DNA of 64,000 nt from an uncultured Gemmatimonadales bacterium (lineage in GTDB: Bacteria > Gemmatimonadota > Gemmatimonadetes > Gemmatimonadales > GWC2-71-9), in the NCBI GenBank assembly GCA_963826065.1, contig CAWGVP010000006.1, forward strand, positions 128,336 to 192,335, read 5' to 3'. Each line of letters opens with the position of its first letter. Position 1 is the stretch's first letter. Made by a program: the position numbers and the translations under genes. Below are positions 55,761 through 63,377 of this stretch, one piece after another. The notes below the pieces were generated by a model. The model searched no databases, had not been told where the DNA came from, and saw only the letters and a program-made list of their open reading frames with translations.

Positions 55761-56943
55761 GACTGGCACTATCGCCCTCGCCTTCTCCGGCGGGCTCGAC
55801 ACCTCGTATTGCGTCCCCCGGCTCGCCGAAGACGGCTGGACCGTGCACACGGTCTACGTGGACACCGGCGGCTCCAGCGCCGCCGACCGGGCCGCCATCC
55901 GGCGCCAGGCCGACGCGGTCGGCGCCGTGGCGCACCACGAGGTGGACGCCCGGGAGCGGGTCTACGACCGGTTCGTGCGCTACCTCATCCAGGGCAATGT
56001 CCTGCGGGGTGAGGTCTATCCGCTGAGCGTGGCCGCGGAGCGGACCCAGCAGGCCCTGTCGGTCGTGGACGTGGCCCGCAGCATCGGGGCGGCGGCCGTG
56101 GCCCACGGCTCCACCGGCGCGGGCAACGACCAGGTGCGCTTCGACGTCGCGCTCCGGGTGCTGGCCCCCGAGCTGGCGATCGTGACGCCGATTCGCGACG
56201 CGGGCATCAGAAGGGAGCAGGCCATCGCCTATCTCGAGGCGCGCGCCCTGCCGGTACCGTCGCGCGCCGGCAGCTACAGCATCAACCGGGGGCTGTGGGG
56301 GACGACGTGGGGCGGGGGATGGACCCACGACACCTGGGCCGGTCCGCCGGCGGAGCTGGTCGATCCGCCGGCCGGCGCCCCCGCGCCGGGGGAGATCGTC
56401 CTCGGCTGGGAGCGCGGTCTCCCGGTGTCGCTCGACGGGGTGCCCCTGGGCGGGCCCGCCCTGGTGGCGCGCCTGGGCGAGACGGCGGAAGCGTACGGGA
56501 TCGGGCGCGGCATCCATCTCGGTGAGACCGCGCTGGGCATCAAGGGGCGGATCGGATTCGAGGCCGGCGCCGCCCTGATTCTCATCGCTGCCCACCGCGA
56601 GCTGGAGAAGCTGGTGCTCACCAAATGGCAGACTTTCTGGAAGGACCAGCTCGGCCGATTCTACGGCGATCGGCTCCACGAGGGTCACTACTTCGACCCC
56701 GCCCTCCGCGATATCGAGGCGCTGATCACCAGCTCGCAGGCGCGCGTCACCGGCGACACCCGCATCCAGCTCGGCCCCGGCCGGTTCCAGGTGGTGGGGA
56801 CCCGCAGTCCCCACTCCATGATGGATACGTCCATCGCGACCTATGGGGAGGAGAATCGGCTCTGGACCGGCGACGAAGCGCGGGCCTTCGCCCGCGTGTC
56901 GGCCGTGCCGTCCCTGCTGGCGGCGCGGGCCTCGGCGGAGTGA
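55756..56943 (+). CDS. argG: Argininosuccinate synthase
   Basis: The ATG at 55756 gives MQTGTIALAFSGGLDTSYC..., the ATP-PPase 'SGGLDTS' motif. Also 'GSTGAGNDQVRF'. 395 aa. Confidence 0.95.
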   Translation: MQTGTIALAFSGGLDTSYCVPRLAEDGWTVHTVYVDTGGSSAADRAAIRRQADAVGAVAHHEVDARERVYDRFVRYLIQGNVLRGEVYPLSVAAERTQQALSVVDVARSIGAAAVAHGSTGAGNDQVRFDVALRVLAPELAIVTPIRDAGIRREQAIAYLEARALPVPSRAGSYSINRGLWGTTWGGGWTHDTWAGPPAELVDPPAGAPAPGEIVLGWERGLPVSLDGVPLGGPALVARLGETAEAYGIGRGIHLGETALGIKGRIGFEAGAALILIAAHRELEKLVLTKWQTFWKDQLGRFYGDRLHEGHYFDPALRDIEALITSSQARVTGDTRIQLGPGRFQVVGTRSPHSMMDTSIATYGEENRLWTGDEARAFARVSAVPSLLAARASAE

Positions 56944-56974
56944 CCCCACCCATGCAACCCCGAGGAACACCACC

Positions 56975-58069
56975 ATGGTCGTGACCACCCGAGTCCGGCT
57001 CGATCGGATCGCCAGCGCCACCCGCAACGCCGCGCTCTCCCCCGAGGTGATCGTGGGCGACGAGATCGTGGCGGCGGAGGGTTACGTCCTGGCGGTGCGG
57101 ATCCTGGAGGACAAGTCCACCTACAACACGGTGGAGGACGTCACCGGCCGGATGCTGTCCCTCCGCGGAGGCGACGTCCTGGCCGGTGTGCTCGGCACCC
57201 GCCGGGCGCTCCGCGGCTACGCCGGAGTGGTGCCCTCCCACCTGGCCGTGGGCGACACGATCGAGGTCCTCAACCTGGGCGGCATTCTCGGTCGCTGCAC
57301 CTCGGTCAACCCCGACATCGGCCCGCCGTTCAAGGCGGAAGTACTCGGGGCCATCCTCGCCTTTCCCGAGCTGGGCGACAGGGTCGGCCGGCCGGCTCAC
57401 ATCCGCGACCGTGCGGTGCCGCCCTCCGACGTGCTGGAGAGCCGGGTGCCGGTGGTGTACATCGCCGGCACCTGCATGAACGCCGGTAAGACGGTTGCCG
57501 CCACCGAGCTGGTGCGCGGCCTCGCGCGCGGCGGCCTCCGGGTGGCCGCGGCGAAGCTCACCGGCGTGTCGCTCATGCGGGACGCGCTCTCGATGCTCGA
57601 CGCGGGCGCCGTCGCGGCACTCACCTTCAACGACGTCGGCATCGCCAGCACCCATCCGGGCGTCACGGTTTCCACAGCCAAGGGCATCTTCAACCGTCTC
57701 GCCGCCTCCAAGCCCGACGTGATCGTGGCCGAGCTGGGCGACGGCATCCTCGGCGAGTACGGGGTGCAGGACATCCTGCGCGATGCCGAGCTGACCTCGG
57801 TCGGTGCCGCGTACGTGATGGCCGCGCCCGATCCCGTGGCCTGCTGGGGCGCGGTCGAGCTGATGCAGCGGGAGTTCGCGCTGCCCGTCACCGCGATCAC
57901 CGGGCCGGCCACCGACAACGAGGTGGGGCAGGTCTACATCACCGGCGGCCTCGGTCTCCCGGCGCACAACGCCCGGCGCGATGCGGCCGGCCTGGTGGGC
58001 GCCGTCCGTGCCTCGATGACCGAGTGGGCGGAAAAGGCCGAGGGCCTCGCCGCCGTCGCGGTCTCGTGA
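56975..58069 (+). CDS. Uncharacterised P-loop (SIMIBI/BioD-CobQ-DUF1611-like) protein encoded inside the arg operon
   Basis: 364 aa. Walker A-like 'AGTCMNAGKT' at aa 163-172 (about nt 57461-57490). Walker-B-like 'DVIVAELGDG' at aa 248-257. The stop overlaps the argC start (GTGA). GC3-rich coding signal throughout. Confidence 0.6.
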   Translation: MVVTTRVRLDRIASATRNAALSPEVIVGDEIVAAEGYVLAVRILEDKSTYNTVEDVTGRMLSLRGGDVLAGVLGTRRALRGYAGVVPSHLAVGDTIEVLNLGGILGRCTSVNPDIGPPFKAEVLGAILAFPELGDRVGRPAHIRDRAVPPSDVLESRVPVVYIAGTCMNAGKTVAATELVRGLARGGLRVAAAKLTGVSLMRDALSMLDAGAVAALTFNDVGIASTHPGVTVSTAKGIFNRLAASKPDVIVAELGDGILGEYGVQDILRDAELTSVGAAYVMAAPDPVACWGAVELMQREFALPVTAITGPATDNEVGQVYITGGLGLPAHNARRDAAGLVGAVRASMTEWAEKAEGLAAVAVS

Positions 58070-59115
58070 ACGTCGCCGTGGTGGGGGCCGCCGGATATGC
58101 CGGCGGGGAGCTGCTTCGTCTCCTGTATCAGCATCCCGAAGTGAGGGAGTGCGTCGCCACGAGCCGGAGTCGCGGCGGCGCGGCGGTGGCCGACGCCCAC
58201 CCGGCGCTGGCCGCCCTCTCCGACGCGCGATTTTCCAGCGCCACGCCCGGCGAGATCGCTCGCGGCCGCGACGTCGTCTTCCTCTGCCTGGAGCACGGCG
58301 AATCGTCGCGCGTCGCGGCCGAGGTGTTCGCCGCGAAGCCGGGACTGGTGGTGGACCTCGCCGCCGACTTCCGGGTACGCGACCGCACCCTCTACGAGCG
58401 GTACTACGGTCCCCACCCGTCGCCCGAGCTGCTGCCCCGCTTCTGCTACGCCCTGGCCGACGTGCTCGGCGCGGGCCTCCGCGGAGCCGGGGCGCTGGCC
58501 GCGCCGGGCTGCTTCGCCACCGCGGCGCAGCTCGCGCTCTATCCCCTGGCGCGGGCCGGGCTCGACCTGTCGCCCTCGATCTTCGCGGTGACCGGGTCCA
58601 GCGGCGCCGGCGTGCAGCCGAAGCCCACCACCCATCATCCCATGCGGGCGCACAACCTCTTCGCCTACTCGGTGCTGGGGCACCGGCACGAGGCGGAGGT
58701 GCTCCAGTCCTGGCGCCAGTGGGTGGGCCGTCCCGGCGCGACCGCCCGGCTGCTGACTCACTCGGGCCCGTTCGTTCGCGGCATCTATCTCACCCTCCAC
58801 GCCTATCTGCCTCGCGACTCCGCGATCGGCACCGGCGACCTCGGCACCGTCGCGGCCGGCTGGTTCCGGGAGGCCTACGCGGGGAGGCCGTTCGTCAGGG
58901 TGCTGGATGCGCCGCCCGAGCTCACCCACGCGGTGGGAACCAACTATGCCCTCATCCACGCGGCGGAGAGCGCAGACGGCAGGGAGGTGCAGGTGACCGT
59001 GGCGATCGACAATCTGGTGAAGGGCGCCGGCGGGCAGGCGATCCAGGCGATGAACCTGGCGCTGGGCATCGAGGAGACGGCGGGGCTGAGAGCGGGGGGG
59101 ATTTTTCCATGTTGA
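58066..59115 (+). CDS. argC: N-acetyl-gamma-glutamyl-phosphate reductase
   Basis: The GTG at 58066 gives VNVAVVGAAGYAGGELLRLL.... The active-site context is 'APGCFATAAQLAL'. 349 aa. Confidence 0.9.
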   Translation: MNVAVVGAAGYAGGELLRLLYQHPEVRECVATSRSRGGAAVADAHPALAALSDARFSSATPGEIARGRDVVFLCLEHGESSRVAAEVFAAKPGLVVDLAADFRVRDRTLYERYYGPHPSPELLPRFCYALADVLGAGLRGAGALAAPGCFATAAQLALYPLARAGLDLSPSIFAVTGSSGAGVQPKPTTHHPMRAHNLFAYSVLGHRHEAEVLQSWRQWVGRPGATARLLTHSGPFVRGIYLTLHAYLPRDSAIGTGDLGTVAAGWFREAYAGRPFVRVLDAPPELTHAVGTNYALIHAAESADGREVQVTVAIDNLVKGAGGQAIQAMNLALGIEETAGLRAGGIFPC

Positions 59116-60360
59116 GAGCGGGAGCGAAAGGGGCGGACGGGCGGAAGGGCGGAAAGGCGGAAGGCTCCGCTGAGGTTTCGATTGCCGGCGCATCGGCGAA
59201 GCCTTCCGCCTTTCCGCCCTTCCGCCCGTCCGCCCTTCTTCCGGTGTACTCCCAGTTTCCCATCCGCCCGGTCCGCGGGCATGGTTCCTGGCTGGTGGAC
59301 GAACAGGGCAACGAGTGGCTCGACGCGTACGGCGGTCACGCGGTGGCGGCGACGGGCCATTCCCATCCCGACGTCGTCGGCGCCATCGCGGCGCAGGCCG
59401 GCGCGCTGCTCTTCTACTCGACCGCGGTGCCGCATCCGCTTCGGGAGCGGCTCGCCGAGCGGCTGGCCGCGCTCTGCCCCGAGCCCTTGGCCCGGGTCTT
59501 CTTCTGCAACTCCGGCGCGGAGGCGAACGAGAACGCGCTGCACCTGGCCCGCAGGGCGACCGGCCGCACCACGGTCGTATCGCTGCGCGGCGGATGGCAC
59601 GGCCGGACGGTCGGCACGCTCGCGTGCACCGACGGTCCGCGCTACGAGGAGGCGGCTGCGCGGAGCGGCATTCCTCTCTCCCGCAAGGTGCCGGTGGACG
59701 ATGTGGCCGCCCTCGAGGCCGCGGTGGACGAGAGCGTCGCCGCGGTCATCCTGGAGCCGGTGCAGGGTCTGTCCGGCGCGCGGGACTCTCAGCGCCGACT
59801 TCCTGCGCGCCGCCCGCCGGGTCTGCCACCGGCACGGCGCCACCCTGATCTTCGACGAGGTGCAGTGCGGGGTGGGGCGCTGCGGTGCCTTCAGCGCGGC
59901 GGAGGCCGTTGGCGTCGTGCCCGACGTGCTGACGCTGGCCAAGGGGCTCGCGTCGGGCCTGCCCATCGGGGCCGTGATCGCGACGCCGGCGGTGACCGCC
60001 TCCATCGGCACCGGCGACCTCGGCAGCACCTTCGGGGGCGGCCCGGTGCCCTGTGCGGCCGCGCTCGCCACGCTCGACGTGATCGAGCGCGACGGCTTGA
60101 TCGAGAACGCCGTTCGGGTCGGCGACCGGTTGAGCCGCGGAGCTCGCGCCCTCGGCGTCCGGCACGTCAGCGGGCGCGGGCTCCTGCTCGGTCTCCACCT
60201 CGACCGGCCGGCGGTCGAGGTGCAGCGCGCCCTCTTCGGGCGCCGGATCATCACCGGCACCGCGTCGGACCCGGGGGTGCTGCGGCTGATGCCGCCACTG
60301 TCCTTCTCCGCCAACGAGGCCGACCTGGTGCTGGCGGGACTCAAGGAGGTGCTCGCGTGA
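59109..60360 (+). CDS. argD: Acetylornithine/succinylornithine aminotransferase (class III), disrupted by an apparent +1 frameshift near 59781-59785
   Basis: The N-terminal part (frame of the ATG at 59109) reads '...LLPVYSQFPIRPVRGHGSWLVDEQG...FFCNSGAEANE...AVILEPVQGLSGAR'. The C-terminal part is in the +1 frame (ORF 59182..60360) and reads 'TLSADFLRAARRVCHRHGATLIFDEVQCG...TLAKGLASGLPIGA' (PLP lysine). The true start is uncertain: ATG 59109 or GTG 59244. Confidence 0.8.
59131..59235. repeat. Perfect 36-bp inverted repeat (G/A-rich arm gggcggacgggcggaagggcggaaaggcggaaggct) with 33-nt loop at the argC/argD junction
   Basis: Arm 59131..59166 is the exact reverse complement of arm 59200..59235. 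The sequence is unrelated to the GTCATCCTGAGCG family. It is a single copy in this window. Total length is 105 nt = 35 codons, open in the argD frame. Confidence 0.9.
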
Positions 60361-61379
60361 CCAAGCGCGACTTCCTCGCGCTCGAGGACTGGTCCACCGA
60401 AGAGGTGGATGCCCTGCTGGCCCTGGCGAATCGGGTCAAGCGCGGCGAGATCAGCGGCGGACTGGAGCGGAAGGTGCTGGCCATGGTCTTCATGGATCCG
60501 AGCCTGCGCACCCGCACCAGCTTCGAGACGGCCATGTTCCTCCACGGCGGCCACGCGGTGGTGCTGGAGCCGGGCCGGGGAAGCTGGGCGCTGGAGACCG
60601 AGACCGGTGCCGTGATGGACCGCGACAGCGTCGAGCACGTCGTGGACGCGGCGCGGGTGCTCGGTCGCTACGCGGACGCGCTCGGCGTGCGGTCCTTCCC
60701 CCGGGGGTCCGACTGGTCCGTCGCCCGCCAGGATCCGGTCCTTCGGAGCTTCGCCCGCCACTGTGAGAAGCCGGTGATCAACCTGGAGTCGGCGCGTCGC
60801 CACCCCTGCCAGGCGCTCGCCGACGCCATGACCCTCCGCGAACGTCTGGGGGAGACCTCGGGCAAGCGCTTCGTCCTCACCTGGGCGTGGCATCCCAAGG
60901 CGCTCCCGACCGCGGTGCCGGCCAGCGCGGCGCTCGCGGCGGCCCGGCTCGGCATGGAGATCGTGATCGCGCGGCCGCCCGGATACGAGCTCGACCCGGA
61001 GGACACGGCGCTGATCCGCCGGATCGCGCAGCAGTCGGGAGGGGAGTTCGTCCACATCATCGAAGACCCCGACGAGGCGACGGTCGGTGCCGACGCGGTG
61101 TACGTGAAGTCGTGGGGCTCGGTGAAGCTCTACGGCGATCCGAAGGAGGAGGCCGCCCAGCGCGCGGCGCTGCGCGATTGGCGGCTCACGCCCGGGCGGC
61201 TGAAGTCCACCCGGGGCGGCAAGGGAATCGTGATGCACTGCCTCCCGGTGCGCCGCAACGTGGAGATCGACGACGCCGTGCTGGACGGGCCCAACTCGGT
61301 CGTGGTGGACCAGGCGGAGAACCGGCTGCACGCGCAGCGGGCGCTGCTGCTGGAGCTGCTTGGCACGGGCGGCAGATGA
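60357..61379 (+). CDS. argF': N-acyl-L-ornithine carbamoyltransferase (AOTCase/SOTCase family, argF')
   Basis: The GTG at 60357 overlaps the argD stop (GTGA) and is preceded by AAGGAGG. Contains 'SLRTRTSFE', 'RHPCQALAD', 'WAWHPKALPTAVP' and 'HCLPVRRN'. These motifs are as I recall them for the acetyl/succinyl-ornithine transcarbamylases. The canonical OTCase ornithine-loop motif (DxxxSMG) was not seen. Confidence 0.8.
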   Translation: MTKRDFLALEDWSTEEVDALLALANRVKRGEISGGLERKVLAMVFMDPSLRTRTSFETAMFLHGGHAVVLEPGRGSWALETETGAVMDRDSVEHVVDAARVLGRYADALGVRSFPRGSDWSVARQDPVLRSFARHCEKPVINLESARRHPCQALADAMTLRERLGETSGKRFVLTWAWHPKALPTAVPASAALAAARLGMEIVIARPPGYELDPEDTALIRRIAQQSGGEFVHIIEDPDEATVGADAVYVKSWGSVKLYGDPKEEAAQRAALRDWRLTPGRLKSTRGGKGIVMHCLPVRRNVEIDDAVLDGPNSVVVDQAENRLHAQRALLLELLGTGGR

Positions 61380-62311
61380 GCATCGACACCACCCGCGGCA
61401 TTGCCGGCCTCAAGGGCGCGCTGCGCTACGTGCGCGCATACCGCGACCAGGTCTTCGTGGTCAAGTTGGGCGGCGAGGTACTGGCCCAGCCGGAGGTGCT
61501 GGAGCAGGTGACCCAGCAGCTCGCGCTCCTGTCGTCGCTCAGCATCCGCCTGGTGGTGGTCCACGGCGGAGGTCCCCAGGCCACCGCCCTGAGTCGCAGG
61601 CTCGGCGCGGAGCCCCGCATGGTCGCGGGCCGCCGTGTCACCGACGACGCCGCGCTCGAGGTGGCGAAGATGGTGTACGCCGGGCAGCTCAACGTCGATT
61701 TGCTCGCGGCGCTCAGGGCACACCGGGTGCAGGCGGTGGGGCTGAGCGGGGTGGACGCCGATCTCATCACGGCGCATCGCCGGCCACCGGTGCAGGTGGT
61801 GGACGACGCGGGCGGGACGGTCAAGGTGGACTACGGCCACGTGGGCGACGTGGATCGGGTGGACCCCCGGATCCTCGGCACGCTGGTGGAGGCGCGGTTC
61901 GTGCCGGTGGTGGCGAGCCTCGCGGGCGGAGAGGACGGCGAGGTCTTCAACGTCAACGCCGACACCGTCGCCGAGTCGATCGCCGTCGCCATGCGGGCGC
62001 AGAAGCTGATCTTCCTCACCGGCGCGCCGGGCGTGCTCCGCGACCGGAACGACCCCTCCACCCTCGTCACCTTCGCGGACCCCGACGACCTCGCGGGCCT
62101 CATGGCCAGCGGTGTGCTGAGCGGTGGGATGCGGCCCAAGGTCGAAGCGTGCATCCGCGCGGCCACCGGGGGTGTCGAGCGCACCCATATCATCGACGGT
62201 CGCGCGCCCGATGCGCTCCTCCTCGAGGTCTTCACCGGCGCCGGCTGCGGGACGATGATCGTCGGGCGCAAGGAGAAGGCGACGTACCTCGGGGTGGATC
62301 TTGCAGGATGA
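61376..62311 (+). CDS. argB: Acetylglutamate kinase (long, N-terminal-helix form)
   Basis: The ATG at 61376 overlaps the argF' stop (ATGA). Contains 'VVKLGGEVL', 'VVVHGGGPQ' and 'NVNADTVA'. 311 aa. Confidence 0.9.
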   Translation: MSIDTTRGIAGLKGALRYVRAYRDQVFVVKLGGEVLAQPEVLEQVTQQLALLSSLSIRLVVVHGGGPQATALSRRLGAEPRMVAGRRVTDDAALEVAKMVYAGQLNVDLLAALRAHRVQAVGLSGVDADLITAHRRPPVQVVDDAGGTVKVDYGHVGDVDRVDPRILGTLVEARFVPVVASLAGGEDGEVFNVNADTVAESIAVAMRAQKLIFLTGAPGVLRDRNDPSTLVTFADPDDLAGLMASGVLSGGMRPKVEACIRAATGGVERTHIIDGRAPDALLLEVFTGAGCGTMIVGRKEKATYLGVDLAG

Positions 62312-63377
62312 GTTGACGCTGCTGGAGGAGCTGGTCGCCATCCCGTCGGTGAGCGGAGAGGAGGCGGCCGTGGCCGCCTTCGTGGAGGGACGGGCCCGCG
62401 GATGGGGCCTCGACACCGTGCGGGACGACACCTCGGTGCGGATCGAGGTGCCTGCCGGCCGCCCGGGACCGACACTCGCCCTCGTCTCCCACCTCGACGT
62501 CGTCCCGCCCGGTGCCGGCTGGACCCGCGATCCCTTCACCCCCACCATCGAGGGCGACCGGCTCTACGGCCGGGGCTCGGGAGACGCCAAGGCCTCGGTG
62601 GCCGCGATGGTGACCGCCGCGAAGGACCTCGCCGAGCGGGCGGCGCTCGAATGCGGCCGGCTGCTCGTCATCCTCGGCTACGGGGAGGAAACCAAGCACA
62701 CGACGATGGAGCGCGCCGTGGATCGGGCCGGTCCGATCGATGCGGCGGTCGTCGGTGAGCCCACCAACCTCCAGATCGCCACGGCGCAGCGCGGGCTCAT
62801 GATGGTGGACCTCGTCGCCCGGGGCGATCAGCGCCATGCCGGGTACGCCGCCGCCGACGGCGAGTTCGTCAACGCCGTGCTGGTGCTCGCGCGGGATCTC
62901 CTCCGGCTGGAGGAGCTGTTCCAGAGCCGCGCGCACCCGGTGCTCGGCCGCACCACGGCGACAGCCACGATGCTCGATGCCGGGGTGAGCCGGAACGTCA
63001 CCCCACCCGTCGCCACCGCGATCCTCGACGTCCGCAGCACGCCGGATTGGACCCACGAGGAGATCGCGGACCTGCTCCGCCAGCAACTCGATTCCGAAGT
63101 GGTGGTCACCTCTCGCCGCCTGGTGCCGTGCGAGACGCCGGCCGGCTCCCGCCTGCTGGCCGCGGCCCGCCGAGCTCGCCCGGACGCGGCGCAGTTCGGG
63201 AGCCCGACCTGCTCCGACTGGGTATTCCTCCGCCACGCGGACGCGATCAAGGCCGGGCCCGGTACCAGCCGTCGCTCGCACACCCCGGACGAGTACGTGG
63301 ACCTTCCCGAGGTCACCGCGGCGCGAGGATTCTATGCCGGTGTCGCCCGCGAATACCTGACTCGGCCCGAGACATGA
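62301..63377 (+). CDS. argE: M20-family deacylase (ArgE/DapE-like; acyl-citrulline/acyl-ornithine deacylase by context)
   Basis: Contains 'LVSHLDVVPPG', 'GRGSGDAKA' and 'GYGEE'. The TTG start at 62301 overlaps the argB end by 11 nt. An alternative TTG lies at 62313. Confidence 0.75.
   Translation: MQDELTLLEELVAIPSVSGEEAAVAAFVEGRARGWGLDTVRDDTSVRIEVPAGRPGPTLALVSHLDVVPPGAGWTRDPFTPTIEGDRLYGRGSGDAKASVAAMVTAAKDLAERAALECGRLLVILGYGEETKHTTMERAVDRAGPIDAAVVGEPTNLQIATAQRGLMMVDLVARGDQRHAGYAAADGEFVNAVLVLARDLLRLEELFQSRAHPVLGRTTATATMLDAGVSRNVTPPVATAILDVRSTPDWTHEEIADLLRQQLDSEVVVTSRRLVPCETPAGSRLLAAARRARPDAAQFGSPTCSDWVFLRHADAIKAGPGTSRRSHTPDEYVDLPEVTAARGFYAGVAREYLTRPET

Noticed and set aside
58149-61379. A single 1076-aa ORF spanning argC (off-frame), argD and argF'.
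   Set aside because: It is a chimera. It begins out of frame over argC and matches ArgD only up to about 59783. It then reads out-of-frame Arg/Pro-rich sequence until it re-enters the genuine argF' frame at 60357. The argD frameshift plus the high GC content explain it.
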